From a virus, in IMG/VR virus record IMGVR_UViG_3300025018_000101, positions 91,237-155,236 of that record: a stretch of 64,000 bases of DNA; one strand, 5' to 3'. The position numbers and the translations under genes are program-made. Within the stretch, counting starts at the first letter, position 1. Every line of letters starts with the position of its first letter. The notes beneath the pieces are model-generated. The model had not been told where the DNA came from. It searched no databases and was given only the letters and a program-made list of their open reading frames with translations. This document shows positions 1 through 10,521 of the stretch, piece after piece.

Positions 1-1
1 T

Positions 2-808
2 ACGGGGCACTCAGACTGGGAGACGCTGGCGGAGGGCGTGGATGCCGCGCTCTGGATCGATGAGATGGTCGGCGACATCAACATCCTCTCGGCATCCAGG
101 TTCCTGGTCTACCGCGTGGGCCTTGAGGGCGCCGGGCCCGCAGCCGCGACCATCTGGAGCGCGCCCATGGACCTGACGTCGACGACACCACAGACGTGGG
201 TGTCGAGCTCGACCGACGGTATTCAGATCGATGACGACACACAGGGCGAGCCGTCGCCGGAGGGTCCCTTCTACGCGCGTCCTGCGCGTGACGCGCGCAT
301 CGAACGCATCGCGGCCATTCGTGGCCGCAGGCACGCCTTCTACCTCGACAGGTACGTCGGGGACCGCGTGGCGGTGCTCAAGCGCAAGCGCTTCGGGACG
401 CGGTGCCCGGACTGCTACTCGCCCCACGCCAGGGTCGGCGTCATTGGCAAGTGCTGGACGTGTTACGGCACGACGTGGACTGGCGGCTACCACACGCCTC
501 TGATCACCGCAGCGCGCGTCCGCGAGCAGCCGGCCCAGCAGGCGCTGCAGCAGGACGGCGCGATGAACGTCCGCCAGGCGCAAGTGTCGATGGTGGCGTT
601 CCCCTGGCTCGAGGTGGATGACGTGGTCGTGGAACTCGAGACCGACAAGCGCTGGCGCGTCCTGGCGTCGGATGAGCGCGTCCTGCACAGCAGGCGCTAC
701 AAGCAGAGCCTGACCGTGCAGGAGATCCCTCGGAGCGCGGTGGAGTACAGGGTGCGCGCCCACGGCGACGGAGCAGGCATCCTCCTGTTGGACGGGGTGC
801 TCCCATGA
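2..808 (+). CDS. Putative head-tail adaptor/neck protein with Zn-binding CxxC pairs (probably begins upstream of the window)
   Basis: Frame is open to the window edge; RCPDC...CWTCYGT motif; lies upstream of the sheath and tube genes. Confidence 0.55.
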   Translation, partial: TGHSDWETLAEGVDAALWIDEMVGDINILSASRFLVYRVGLEGAGPAAATIWSAPMDLTSTTPQTWVSSSTDGIQIDDDTQGEPSPEGPFYARPARDARIERIAAIRGRRHAFYLDRYVGDRVAVLKRKRFGTRCPDCYSPHARVGVIGKCWTCYGTTWTGGYHTPLITAARVREQPAQQALQQDGAMNVRQAQVSMVAFPWLEVDDVVVELETDKRWRVLASDERVLHSRRYKQSLTVQEIPRSAVEYRVRAHGDGAGILLLDGVLP

Positions 809-1944
809 CCGAGCCCTACATCCACAACCACAGCGCTCTCTGGCTCACCGGGGCCTTCGTGGCCTTCCTCAGGGAGCGCTTCTCGATCAAGAACGCCACG
901 CCGTGGGTGGCCTTCGACGACCTCAACAACCCCGGCCAGGTGCTCACCGGCAGAGACGGACTGCCGTACGAGGCCATCCCGCTGTACATCATCACCGAGT
1001 TCGACTCCTCGACCGAGACCGACAACCTCTACCCTCGCATCGTCGTCACTGCGGGGCAGGACATCGGAGGCCGGCACGAGGTGATCGGCGACCTGGGTGT
1101 GGCCGACTTCACGCCGTTCCGGACCGGAGAGCGGACGAAGTGGGGCACGTCGGAGCTGGACATCGAGTTCCACGTCTACGGGGAGGAGCTCGGCGAGGCC
1201 CGGTACATCTCCGAGATCGCAGGCAACGCGGTTCGGATGACGCAGCAGTCCATCACGGAGAAGTTCACGCTCCGGGACCTGACGCCCGTGGTGGTGCAGG
1301 CCCCGCGCCCGGACGCGATGGGCAAGTGGATGGGCGCGGTCAGCATGCGCCTCTTCAAGGAGGACCGCTGGTTCACCATCCCTGACGCCAGTCGGCTCCA
1401 GAGGCTGGCGACGGTCATCGACATGGACAACGTCGTCGCTCAGACCAACGCGTCGCTGCGCGAGGTCGGGCGGGTCTCGGTAGGGTTCCCACGGTCCGCA
1501 CCAGACGACCCAAGCTCCGGGGGAGGCGTCTACCCGCCGTCGTCTGCTGCGGCCGCCGCTGTCGATACCCTCGACCTCGTCGCCGCGGTCGACATTGGGG
1601 CGGGGCGCCTCGTCGCCGTCGACGTGGCGGGCAAGGCGGCCCTGGCTTCAAACCTCGACGGCGACAACCTGTGGCGTATCGTAGGGGTCGCCATCGACGC
1701 AGCCCTGCCCGGCCAGACGACGCGCGTTCACACGATGTTCTCCGCCGTACCTGTCACTTTCCAGGCCGCTCCGGCTCTCGGGACGGCCGGCAGCTACGTC
1801 TATGCGGACACGGATGGATTTGCTACATTGACCGCGCCATCCGACCCCGGGACGGTCGTCGTTCGCGTGGGTGTACTGCTCGACCCAGATGGTGCGGAGA
1901 CCTCTCCGCGCGTGTTGTTCCAGCCCCTGGTGCCGTTGACATGA
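805..1944 (+). CDS. Putative tail completion/terminator-like protein with a C-terminal cement/decoration-like domain
   Basis: ATGA overlap with the previous gene; directly before the sheath; C-terminal AGRLVAVD...IVGVAIDAA segment after a Pro/Gly/Ala linker. Confidence 0.5.
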   Translation: MTEPYIHNHSALWLTGAFVAFLRERFSIKNATPWVAFDDLNNPGQVLTGRDGLPYEAIPLYIITEFDSSTETDNLYPRIVVTAGQDIGGRHEVIGDLGVADFTPFRTGERTKWGTSELDIEFHVYGEELGEARYISEIAGNAVRMTQQSITEKFTLRDLTPVVVQAPRPDAMGKWMGAVSMRLFKEDRWFTIPDASRLQRLATVIDMDNVVAQTNASLREVGRVSVGFPRSAPDDPSSGGGVYPPSSAAAAAVDTLDLVAAVDIGAGRLVAVDVAGKAALASNLDGDNLWRIVGVAIDAALPGQTTRVHTMFSAVPVTFQAAPALGTAGSYVYADTDGFATLTAPSDPGTVVVRVGVLLDPDGAETSPRVLFQPLVPLT

Positions 1945-2000
1945 CGCGCAGGGCCTGAGTCTGAAGAAGCACCGACCTCGCGAGGGCGTCTCCTGCCTTG

Positions 2001-2029
2001 TTGCACCCGCAGCGGCTATGGCGTATCCT
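2001..2029 (+). promoter_or_regulatory. Sigma70-like promoter for the sheath operon
   Basis: TTGCAC-N17-TATCCT, 41 nt before the ATG; GAGGAG ribosome-binding site. Confidence 0.5.
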
Positions 2030-2070
2030 CCTGCGAGGAGCCGTAGACCGCCCACGAGGAGTCATTCGCC

Positions 2071-4980
2071 ATGGCCATCACACGTCCCAAGGTCCGAGTG
2101 TTCGAGGCGTTCGCCGCGACGACCCCCATCGTGGCAACGCCCACCCTGGCGGCCTTCCTGGTTGGCCCTGCCTACCACATCGCCGACTACGACAACGCCG
2201 ACCTCCAGGCGTCGTTGTTGATCGGCACGTACGGGGACGCCTCGGCGGCCAGCGACGGCGCTCAGAACGGCCGCCCCCTGCCGGCGTCCACCGCGATCAC
2301 CGTGGCCGACCCGCCCGCCAACGCCATCGGAGCGCTGCTCGACGCCGCCAGCGTGCAGATCGTCCTCGAGGACCCGATGGTCGAGCTCGACACGGGAACC
2401 GACGGTGTCCGGACGAACACGTCCCCTGACGAGGACCTCTTGACGTGCGCCTCGGCGACCTTCGTCACGACCGGCGTCCTCGCTGGCGACCGCGTCGTCC
2501 TCACCGACGACGCCGGTGACACCGTCGTGAAGTTCGTCAACACGGTCGTCTCCGAGACCTCGATTCGCCTGCGGTCGAACCTGCTCTCGTCCGAGCTCTC
2601 CGGCTCGCTGACGGGCATCTTCTGGCGCATCGAGCGCGCGGTCGCCACCGACGTGGCCCCGGACAGCTTCGTGGGCGTGTCCGGCCAGACGGTCTACCTG
2701 TACGGCGGCCTGACGCTGAGCGTGGACGTGAACGGCGACGGCGTGGACGAGACGGTGTTCGTGGCCTCGGCTTCGGCCTACGTCCAGTACCGGTCGCTGC
2801 GCCAGGACCTGGCGGATGTCAACGAGGTCTCCTCGGTGGGCGACATCCTCGCCAACGTCGGCAACATTGATGAGCGGAATCCCATGGCAGTGGCGCTGTC
2901 CATCGCGCTGGCCAACTCCGGCACGACGGTGAAGTACTACGGCAGCACGTCGGACACGGGGGTGGGCGCCGAGAGCCTCCTCACGGCGCACACGCAGGCC
3001 AAGGACGCGATCGAGAGCCGGGACGACATCTACGCCATCGTGCCACTGACGGGCGACCTGTCGGTGCTGGGTATGTGGAAGACCTCCGTACTGTCCCAGT
3101 CGGACCCTGACCAGAGCAACTTCCGCGTCCTCATCGGTTCGGCCGAGGAGCTCCCGACGGACCTTGAGGTGGCCGCGTCGTCGGCCACGGGTTTCGCCGA
3201 GGCCTACGGCGACGCGACCATCTTCGCTGCCACCGGTGCGGACTTCGAGACCTCGGGCGTGGCGGTGGGCGACGTCCTCGTGCTTCTTGAGAACCTGGCG
3301 GCCGACGTGGTCCTGGCCCCGGACGGCTACGAGCAGCACACGGTGGCCTCGGTCGTCCGCGGCACGACGCTGCGCCTGCTCGCCGACGCTGGGCACACCG
3401 ACATCCTGTCGACCCTGTACTACGTCCGCAAGCCTGCGCCTGCGACGCTGCTGAGCCTGGCTGCCTGCTACCTCGTCGAGGCGGCGGGCAACCTCGTGGT
3501 CCTCGGCATGGACAACGCCGTCTCGAGCCCCGACAGTTACGTCGGGCAGTACTTCACCTTCACGGGCGGCACGTTGGACACGTGGGACGGCGACTACCTG
3601 ATCGTCGACGTCCAGGACGAGGTCGCTGCTTCCGTGACCTTCCTCAGCGGTGGGGCTGCGGAGAATATCACGGCGACGGCCGTGACGGGTCAGGGTCTGG
3701 ACGGTCTCGGCCTGTCGCTGGTGATCGACGCCACGGACCCGGACAAGGCTGCGGCCGCGGTCTCCGTGCTCGGCGACGTCGTCACGGTGGAGTGCGAGAC
3801 CGCTGGCGGGGCTATCCTGACCACGGCGGACGAGCTCGTCACGCTGATCTCCGGCACTCCCCTGGCCGCGGCCCGCATGGTCATCACGACCGCGTCCGTG
3901 GGGACCCTCGCCGCGGGGGCCAACTCGCTCATCGGCGGCGCCAGTCCGGGCTTCACCGCGGTCGGCGTCACGGACGGACCGCTCGCCTCCGTCCCCCAGG
4001 AGGGCTCGGCGGTCATCAAGCGCACCGTGACGTCGGTCGTCGCGGACACGGTCACGGCCTTCCGGCCTCCGTATCGTCGCCTGCTCGACAACTCGGCCGC
4101 CTTCCAGTCCGGCGCCATCCCGGTCCAGGTCGGCGACCGCGTGGCGGTTCCTGCGGACGACACGTCGGACACCGTGCAGGTGGAGTCCATCATCTCGGAC
4201 AACCGCCTGCTGTTGGACGCGTCCGATGAACTGCCGGTGGCGAGCCCGATGAGCATCACGACGCCTCAGGCCCTCGCGAGCTACAACGTGCTTCGCGCGC
4301 TGAGCAAGTCGCAGCAGGTGGACGCGGTCGCCGCGATCCCGGTCGACTTCTCGAGTCACCGCGCGGTGCTGATCTGGCCCCCGCTGGTGGACCTGGACGG
4401 TGTGACGAACGCCCGCACGGCCGAGGCGACGCCTCAGCCGGCGTTCTACCTCGCGGCCGCTGTGGGTGGCCTGGTGCAGGGCTTGCCGAGCCAGAAGCCG
4501 CTCACCTCGCTGGGGGTGAGCGGCATCTCGAAGCTGTACTACAGCAACTTCTACTTCAGTCGGACGCAGATCGACACGATCCTGGCCGCGGGCTGGATGG
4601 TGTTCCAGCAGCGGACGGCGGCGGGTCAGCCGTACATCCTCCGCCAGGTCACCACCGACGTGTCCACGCTCGAGGCGGCCGAACTCTCGGTGGTCAAGAA
4701 CTACGACTTCGTCGCGCTGGCCTACAAGGAGGGGCTCGACAAGTTCAAGGGCGGCCACAACATCGTGCCGGACACGCTGTCCCAGATCCGCACGGAACTG
4801 ATCGCGATCAGCAGGGCGCTGACCCGGGCGCGGCTCCCGAAGATCGGAGCTCCTCTCCTGGATGCGTCCGACCCCGAGGTTTCGCGCACCGAGGGCGTCG
4901 GCGACCGCGTGGACGTCCGCATCCCCGTCACGCTGCCCTACCCGTTGAACCAGATCGACCTGTACCTCTCGGCGTCGTAA
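2071..4980 (+). CDS. Contractile tail sheath protein (969 aa, with inserted domains)
   Basis: N-terminal RPKVRVFE; C-terminal sheath-like features (QPAFYLAAAVGG, ILRQVTTD, ELSVVKNYDF, VTLPYPLNQIDL); followed by a tube gene. Confidence 0.85.
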   Translation: MAITRPKVRVFEAFAATTPIVATPTLAAFLVGPAYHIADYDNADLQASLLIGTYGDASAASDGAQNGRPLPASTAITVADPPANAIGALLDAASVQIVLEDPMVELDTGTDGVRTNTSPDEDLLTCASATFVTTGVLAGDRVVLTDDAGDTVVKFVNTVVSETSIRLRSNLLSSELSGSLTGIFWRIERAVATDVAPDSFVGVSGQTVYLYGGLTLSVDVNGDGVDETVFVASASAYVQYRSLRQDLADVNEVSSVGDILANVGNIDERNPMAVALSIALANSGTTVKYYGSTSDTGVGAESLLTAHTQAKDAIESRDDIYAIVPLTGDLSVLGMWKTSVLSQSDPDQSNFRVLIGSAEELPTDLEVAASSATGFAEAYGDATIFAATGADFETSGVAVGDVLVLLENLAADVVLAPDGYEQHTVASVVRGTTLRLLADAGHTDILSTLYYVRKPAPATLLSLAACYLVEAAGNLVVLGMDNAVSSPDSYVGQYFTFTGGTLDTWDGDYLIVDVQDEVAASVTFLSGGAAENITATAVTGQGLDGLGLSLVIDATDPDKAAAAVSVLGDVVTVECETAGGAILTTADELVTLISGTPLAAARMVITTASVGTLAAGANSLIGGASPGFTAVGVTDGPLASVPQEGSAVIKRTVTSVVADTVTAFRPPYRRLLDNSAAFQSGAIPVQVGDRVAVPADDTSDTVQVESIISDNRLLLDASDELPVASPMSITTPQALASYNVLRALSKSQQVDAVAAIPVDFSSHRAVLIWPPLVDLDGVTNARTAEATPQPAFYLAAAVGGLVQGLPSQKPLTSLGVSGISKLYYSNFYFSRTQIDTILAAGWMVFQQRTAAGQPYILRQVTTDVSTLEAAELSVVKNYDFVALAYKEGLDKFKGGHNIVPDTLSQIRTELIAISRALTRARLPKIGAPLLDASDPEVSRTEGVGDRVDVRIPVTLPYPLNQIDLYLSAS

Positions 4981-5031
4981 CCCCGGCCGTCACACGACGA
5001 CCCTTGAACTGGAAACCCCCAAGGAGTTCAC

Positions 5032-5706
5032 ATGAACCAGACCGACCACATTCTCAAGATCGCCTCGGGTATCGGCGTCCTCGACACCCTCGACCGCCGC
5101 GGCATCTCCGTCGCGTCGTTCGCCAAGACGGCCGCCTACCATCGCCATCCTGTGCTGACCGCCCTGGCCGACGACATGGCGTATGCCCTCGAGGCGGCCG
5201 AGCGTGACGGCGCCACCACCACCAAGGTGGCGCAGGTCATCAACTACAAGTACGCCAACGCTGCGGCCGAGGGCGCCGAGGAGGCTGCCGCGGCCGCCCC
5301 CGGGATGATCCGCCGGGGAATCAACGCGGTCAAGGGCCTGGGCTACTCCATCGCGGAGAACAATCCAGCGGCAGGTCTGGCGGCGGGGGTGGGCCGCATC
5401 CAGGGCGGCTTGAGTGGCGCCAGGGACGACCTCGCCGCGGGCATGGACATCGGCCGCTTCCGCCGGGCGGGGAACGGCATCCAGATGCCTTCCACGCCGC
5501 AGGATACGGGCCTCCTGATGGTCGGCGCCGATGGCGTGGTGCCCGCCGACCCCCTGGGCGACAACAGGGTTCGGCGTCTCGGCGCGTTCCTGGGGGCCAA
5601 CCCCCGCTCTTCGGCCGCGGCCATGATGGGCGTCCCCGCCGCGGGTCTCGCGGCCGCTGGCGGCGTCGGCTACGGCGGCTACCAGTACGCCAACCGCGAC
5701 AGGTAG
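5032..5706 (+). CDS. Ala/Gly-rich virion-associated protein with repeated K-x-A motifs and a hydrophobic C-terminus
   Basis: AAGGAG RBS; KIAS, KTAA, KVAQ, KYAN motifs; lies between sheath and tube. Confidence 0.6.
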   Translation: MNQTDHILKIASGIGVLDTLDRRGISVASFAKTAAYHRHPVLTALADDMAYALEAAERDGATTTKVAQVINYKYANAAAEGAEEAAAAAPGMIRRGINAVKGLGYSIAENNPAAGLAAGVGRIQGGLSGARDDLAAGMDIGRFRRAGNGIQMPSTPQDTGLLMVGADGVVPADPLGDNRVRRLGAFLGANPRSSAAAMMGVPAAGLAAAGGVGYGGYQYANRDR

Positions 5707-5784
5707 CCCACTCGGGCTCGGCTCCTCGGGCGTCAGCCACGTGGCTGGCGCCCCCGTCCCGCTCTGAAACTCCTGGAGGCGCAC

Positions 5785-6501
5785 ATGGCCAACTCCGTCA
5801 CACAGTCGCTGAACACCTGGAACGCCCAGGAGAACTACGTCGAGCGGATGATGGACGACGGCGCGTTCACCGCCGCCCATCCCGACGACACGCTCGTGAT
5901 GGCGGGGCCGGTCCGCTACCAGCCGCAGCTCGGCGAGGCGTTCCTCGATACGCTGTTGCCGCTGGGCATGATCATGAACTTCGGCTACCAGGCGGGGGTG
6001 CCCTCTCAGCCCATCCAGGCGCTCGGCACGGGGAGAGCGTTCGGTGTGCGCGGCAAGGCGAGCTACTCATGGTCGTGTGGTCGCCTCGTCGTGCAGGGAC
6101 GAAACTTCCTCCGCGCCATCCACACGGCGGCGGTTCGTGCCAACATCGACGTCTCCAAGTTCGAGGACCCTGCGGCCACGAATCAGACGTCGACGTTCTT
6201 CATGAACCTGGACTCGGAGCTCTTCTACATCCCCTTCGGGCTGTACGTGGTCATCTCCGACAAGAGCCGCACGGTGCAGGCCGCGATGGCGCTCGAGCAC
6301 TGCCACATCACGGGCTACTCGCTGTCGATCAGCGCGGGCCAGGCGATGATCATGGACAACGTCTCCGGGTGGTGTGACCGTGTGCTGCCCCTGCCTGTCG
6401 AGACGATCTTCCGCACTGAGGGCGCTCCCACGGTGGAGACGGTCCGTTCGGACGTGCTCGGCATGCCGGCCATCACCGCGCCGGACCTGACCACGAAGTA
6501 A
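5785..6501 (+). CDS. Putative tail tube protein
   Basis: GGAGG RBS; size and position after the sheath; LEHCHITGYSLSISAGQAMIMDNVS is typical of a tube fold. Confidence 0.7.
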   Translation: MANSVTQSLNTWNAQENYVERMMDDGAFTAAHPDDTLVMAGPVRYQPQLGEAFLDTLLPLGMIMNFGYQAGVPSQPIQALGTGRAFGVRGKASYSWSCGRLVVQGRNFLRAIHTAAVRANIDVSKFEDPAATNQTSTFFMNLDSELFYIPFGLYVVISDKSRTVQAAMALEHCHITGYSLSISAGQAMIMDNVSGWCDRVLPLPVETIFRTEGAPTVETVRSDVLGMPAITAPDLTTK

Positions 6502-6511
6502 GGAGCTCCCC

Positions 6512-7978
6512 GTGCGTCACCGAGACCGCGCCCGCCTCACGGCCCTCGGGCCCAACAACGGGGACTGGCGGCTCCGGACGCAGCTCGGGGACGCCCTCTA
6601 CCCGACGTGGGAGTCGTTCTCCCCGAACGAGGTCGGCTGGATCTTCTCCGTGTCGACCCCTCGTGGGTCGTGCGACGTCAAGACCGCCAGCGGCCGCATA
6701 CACACCGACCTGCCGTGGCCCTCGGCCGGCGGCCCCGGCGAGGTGCTCGTACCCCACACGGGGCAGCGGGTCGAGGTCCGCTATGACCTCGGCAGTCCGC
6801 CTGTACTCTCGCCTGCGCCTGGCAACCTGGCCTCGGGCCGGTCGTCGTCCCGCAACCTCGCCAACGAGCCCAACGCGCACGAGTCGGCTGCCGGCCCCAC
6901 CTTCGCCCAGCGCATCCCCTTCGGACTGTCGGAGGGGGACTGGGTGCGTGTCTCCAGCCATGGTGGCGTCCTGGCGCTGATGGACGACGGCACGGCGCTG
7001 ATGCGCGCCTCGGAGTTGGCGCAGGTCGTGGTGGTCCCTATGGCCGACCTGACGCGCATCGTAGGCCGCCAACTCCAGCTCCAGTCAGGCGCAGGTCAGG
7101 TGGAGTTTGCCACCGAGGACGGAAAGTCCAACCTCCGGATCGACCTGGGCGTGGACGAGTCGACCGAGACGCATCCGCTGAAGGAGAAGTGGAGGGTGAG
7201 GTGCCGGGTCGGCGAGGAGGGTGACATCGTGGACGTCCGCATCACGGACCCGTCGGGGGGCACGGTGTACAGGCACCACGTGGGTCCTGCGGGCGACGTG
7301 GATGTGGAGGCTGCGACGATGGCGTTCGACGTCCTCGAGTCCGTGGTCTTCAGGACGGGGGACCGCTTCGATGTGGTGGCGGGCAAGGGCATGACGCTGC
7401 AGACGGACGGCGTGATGCGCATGAGCAACGGAGGGACGCGGGTGCAGTCGAGGGGCTCGTCGTCCCTGCACGCGGTCGGCGACCTGTCGTTGCGGGCTGC
7501 TGCGGGCGCGCTGACGCTCGGAGGTACGAGCGGCCTCATCGCCCAGTTCCAGGGCCCTGGCATCCCGAACCCACTGACCGAGGCTGCGAGCTTCACGGTG
7601 GCGAACGGGAGCGTGGTGTGGGACGTGGGCTTCGCCACGGACACGGACATCCAGACGGCGCTGTCGGGGTTCCGGGTGAACGTCGGGAGCGTCGGTGGCG
7701 ACATACGCCTCGACTCCTTGTTCGGCCACGTCAGCATCAACTCCCCGTTGCCTGGGGGGATCAAGATCGGAGGTCCGGCCCTCCCACACCCCGCCCCGGG
7801 CTGGTCGCCCTCGCCGCTGTCGTCGCCACCCGTGCTCTCGGTGCCGTTCCTGGTGTGGGCGGCCGCCGTCAGCGCCATCCTGGAGACCAAGACCGGCGGC
7901 GTCCCTGGGGCCACGGTGCAGCCTCTCGCGGCGTTGATCGCGGCCGCCCCCAGCAAGTTCGTCATCCTCGGAGGGTAG
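6512..7978 (+). CDS. Putative baseplate central spike (gp5/VgrG-like)
   Basis: N-terminal OB-fold-like region (VPHTGQRVEV) followed by beta-rich repeats; AAGGAG RBS. Confidence 0.6.
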   Translation: MRHRDRARLTALGPNNGDWRLRTQLGDALYPTWESFSPNEVGWIFSVSTPRGSCDVKTASGRIHTDLPWPSAGGPGEVLVPHTGQRVEVRYDLGSPPVLSPAPGNLASGRSSSRNLANEPNAHESAAGPTFAQRIPFGLSEGDWVRVSSHGGVLALMDDGTALMRASELAQVVVVPMADLTRIVGRQLQLQSGAGQVEFATEDGKSNLRIDLGVDESTETHPLKEKWRVRCRVGEEGDIVDVRITDPSGGTVYRHHVGPAGDVDVEAATMAFDVLESVVFRTGDRFDVVAGKGMTLQTDGVMRMSNGGTRVQSRGSSSLHAVGDLSLRAAAGALTLGGTSGLIAQFQGPGIPNPLTEAASFTVANGSVVWDVGFATDTDIQTALSGFRVNVGSVGGDIRLDSLFGHVSINSPLPGGIKIGGPALPHPAPGWSPSPLSSPPVLSVPFLVWAAAVSAILETKTGGVPGATVQPLAALIAAAPSKFVILGG

Positions 7979-7982
7979 GACT

Positions 7983-8234
7983 GTGGCAAACAAGCCCGGT
8001 GGTCTGTTACAGTCGGTCCAGGGTCTCCTGAGAGCGCATGTACGCCGCAAGCTGGCGTACCTCGCCAGGGACGCGCACTTTCTGGCCAACCAGGCGGACA
8101 AGCGGAGGAGCCATGCGTCAGTGGCGGAGCCTACATCTACCGGGACTGATCCCGGACTGGCTGCCGCCGGGCGTCCGAGGGCTCAACACCTACGTCCTGG
8201 AGCCGATCGACGAGGTCCTGCATCTCCTCGGTGA
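7983..8234 (+). CDS. Small hypothetical protein
   Basis: GTG start with AGGA RBS just after the spike gene; 3' half overlaps the next gene. Confidence 0.35.
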   Translation: MANKPGGLLQSVQGLLRAHVRRKLAYLARDAHFLANQADKRRSHASVAEPTSTGTDPGLAAAGRPRAQHLRPGADRRGPASPR

Positions 8235-9804
8235 GGCGCTCCGGATCGTGTCCCTGGCGCTGGTCCTCCTCGAGGATCCTCTCGTTGCCGCCATCAACCT
8301 GGTGCTCGCCGAACTCCAGGACCTGATCGACTCCTTCGTCGCCCTGTACGGTGTCCACGTCCTCTTCATGCCCGCCATCAGCGGCACCCCCGCCACCATC
8401 CTGTCCAACATGCTCGAGCTGGCCCCCGAGGGCGGCTCCACAGGCACACGCGCATGGTACGACGCCTTCACCAGCAGCGTGTACGACGACGGCGACATCC
8501 ATCGGCCAGACTACCCCGACGACCACTACGTGGTGTCTGCCACGTTGATGTTCGGCGTCAAGGGCCTCGGCAACCTCCTGCGCCTGCTGACCCTGCTCCG
8601 CCGGCTCTTCGGCCGCCTCACCCCCTACAGCTTCGATGACGACGCGCTCCCCGTGCCCCAGAACCTGCGCCTGCGCGGACTGACCGCCAATGCTTCCAGG
8701 ACCGACGGAACGACAGCCGAGGACGTGGTGTGGATCGCTGGCCAGGACGCGGCTGGAGGACTGACCGCCTACCTCAAGTGGGACGCGCCCTCGACCATCA
8801 GTGAGGCCATCCGGCTGTTCAAGGGGGCGACGGCGCGCGTCGTCGCCACGCGCCTGTACATCCGGTCTGACCGCCCCTTCGAGGTCACCGACGCGGATGA
8901 GGAGCTCTCGGCGCACGAGGTGTGGTCGACGACCTCGCCAGCGTTCGACGACTTCAAGCTCGTACGCGTTGACCCGGAGACGGTGTACTACGCCGCGGTG
9001 GGGTTTGACGCGGAGGTTCAGGTCGAGGGGGGGACCCCAGAGGAGGTCGAGATCCTGTCGCACTACGCAGCCTCGAACAGCGTCACGCTGCGGGCGCCAG
9101 TGAAGTCCGCCAGACGCCGTACAGGCCCCACAGGCACGCCTCCGGACTGGGTGAGCCTGCAGTCATCACTCGACATCTTCCCGGGCCTCAGGGAGGCCGT
9201 CACGGCGCTCCGCGACCTCGTTGAGGACATGAAGCAGGACCTCGTCACGTCGTCGTTCGATGACCTGCAGGAGGCCATAGCGCTCATCCAGGAGTACGCG
9301 ACCTTCTACAGGAAGCGGGTGCAGGCCATTGAGGCATTCGTCGACCAGTTCTCGCGCGTCCTCGAGGCGTTGAACCACTTCGACCTGTACCTGTACCTGT
9401 TCGGAGGCGTGGGCGGGACGGAGCTGCTCGTCGGCGAGATGCAGGAGGCCCTGTTCGCACCGGACACGCAGAACAAGCCCCCGTTCGACTCTGTGGACGA
9501 CTACGTGGCGTCGGTCACGCTGGTCGCCGCGGCGCGGGAGCCCGCCCCGGTGCAGGCTACCATCAACGTCCTCCAGGCCCTGTTCGGGTACACCCCCTCG
9601 GATACCTCGCTGCTGGATCTGGCAAGGCAGGCTGCCACTTCGGTAGCGCCTAACTCTACTGCCGACGGCGAGGACCCTGCCCCTGTCGCCGGGGCGCCTA
9701 CGACGCAGGCGCTGATCGACGCTGCGGCCGCAATGATCGACGAGGAAGCCGACGCCGTCCTGCGCGAACTGTCGGAGCGACAGCTCGCGGGTACGCCGGC
9801 ATGA
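8113..9804 (+). CDS. Hypothetical virion/baseplate protein
   Basis: GGAGGAG RBS before the ATG at 8113; strong GC bias at third codon positions; within the structural module. Confidence 0.65.
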   Translation: MRQWRSLHLPGLIPDWLPPGVRGLNTYVLEPIDEVLHLLGEALRIVSLALVLLEDPLVAAINLVLAELQDLIDSFVALYGVHVLFMPAISGTPATILSNMLELAPEGGSTGTRAWYDAFTSSVYDDGDIHRPDYPDDHYVVSATLMFGVKGLGNLLRLLTLLRRLFGRLTPYSFDDDALPVPQNLRLRGLTANASRTDGTTAEDVVWIAGQDAAGGLTAYLKWDAPSTISEAIRLFKGATARVVATRLYIRSDRPFEVTDADEELSAHEVWSTTSPAFDDFKLVRVDPETVYYAAVGFDAEVQVEGGTPEEVEILSHYAASNSVTLRAPVKSARRRTGPTGTPPDWVSLQSSLDIFPGLREAVTALRDLVEDMKQDLVTSSFDDLQEAIALIQEYATFYRKRVQAIEAFVDQFSRVLEALNHFDLYLYLFGGVGGTELLVGEMQEALFAPDTQNKPPFDSVDDYVASVTLVAAAREPAPVQATINVLQALFGYTPSDTSLLDLARQAATSVAPNSTADGEDPAPVAGAPTTQALIDAAAAMIDEEADAVLRELSERQLAGTPA

Positions 9805-9829
9805 CAATTTTACAGCGAGGCTGTATCAT
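9801..9829 (+). promoter_or_regulatory. Sigma70-like promoter
   Basis: ATGACA-N17-TATCAT in an AT-rich patch. Confidence 0.4.
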
Positions 9830-10026
9830 GTCCAACAGCGGACTGTGGGGCAACGCGCACGTGGAGGTACGCGCTATGCTGGCTCATAGCAGTGACCAGC
9901 TCCAGAGGGTCAAGGCGTGCTTTGACGCAACCGCGGCGTCCGACGCGCGCATCCAGGCCCGGGCAGGTCACATTGAGGACCAGGTGGCCCTCGACAACGA
10001 GGATGACAACCCGGAGGAGTCATCAG

Positions 10027-10521
10027 ATGCCGACCGACAACACCGTCGACCCTCGGGTGGAGCTCCTCCTGGAGCGGAAGATCGCGGCGCTGCACCGCGA
10101 GCTATCCCTCGAGCTCAAGGAGGGAGTCGCCGAGCTCAAGGCCATGATCGGCCGCCAGACGGACCAGGGACACGACCTGGTCTTGTCCAGCGAAAAGGCC
10201 CTGCAGCGCCATCGGGACCTCGAGGCGACGATCCTTCGGCTCGAGTCCCTGGTGCGTGGGGGCGGAAGTGACGCTCTCACTACGCGCGTCGACGACCTGC
10301 ACGCTCGACTCCGGAAGGTCGAGACTGAGGGCGAATCCTGCCCCGTCGCGACACCTCACCGGCCCTCGGCGGCCCCTAGCCTCGCCTCGACCTCGGGGCA
10401 GGAACTGGTGCCTGTCACGCTGGCGGGCATCGACTCCAGGACGAAAGTCATCGTGGCCGCTGTGACCCTGGGGTTCCCTGTCGTGTTGGAGGTCGTCCGC
10501 TGGCTGGTCTCCCGGGCCTAA
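10027..10521 (+). CDS. Coiled-coil protein with a C-terminal transmembrane helix (possibly lysis-related)
   Basis: GGAGGAG RBS; heptad-rich N-terminus; VIVAAVTLGFPVVLEVV helix; converges on the endolysin. Confidence 0.6.
   Translation: MPTDNTVDPRVELLLERKIAALHRELSLELKEGVAELKAMIGRQTDQGHDLVLSSEKALQRHRDLEATILRLESLVRGGGSDALTTRVDDLHARLRKVETEGESCPVATPHRPSAAPSLASTSGQELVPVTLAGIDSRTKVIVAAVTLGFPVVLEVVRWLVSRA

Noticed and set aside
2062-4758. Long antisense ORFs (e.g. 2062-4758, 13034-15391, 36973-38751, 46868-49654, 49805-52147, 62136-63656)
   Set aside because: These are shadows of GC3-biased real genes on the opposite strand; the translations are low-information and lack RBS or motifs
9801-10271. 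156-aa ORF as a confident gene
   Set aside because: Its start overlaps a promoter-like element and about 245 nt overlap the better-supported 10027-10521 gene; left uncalled
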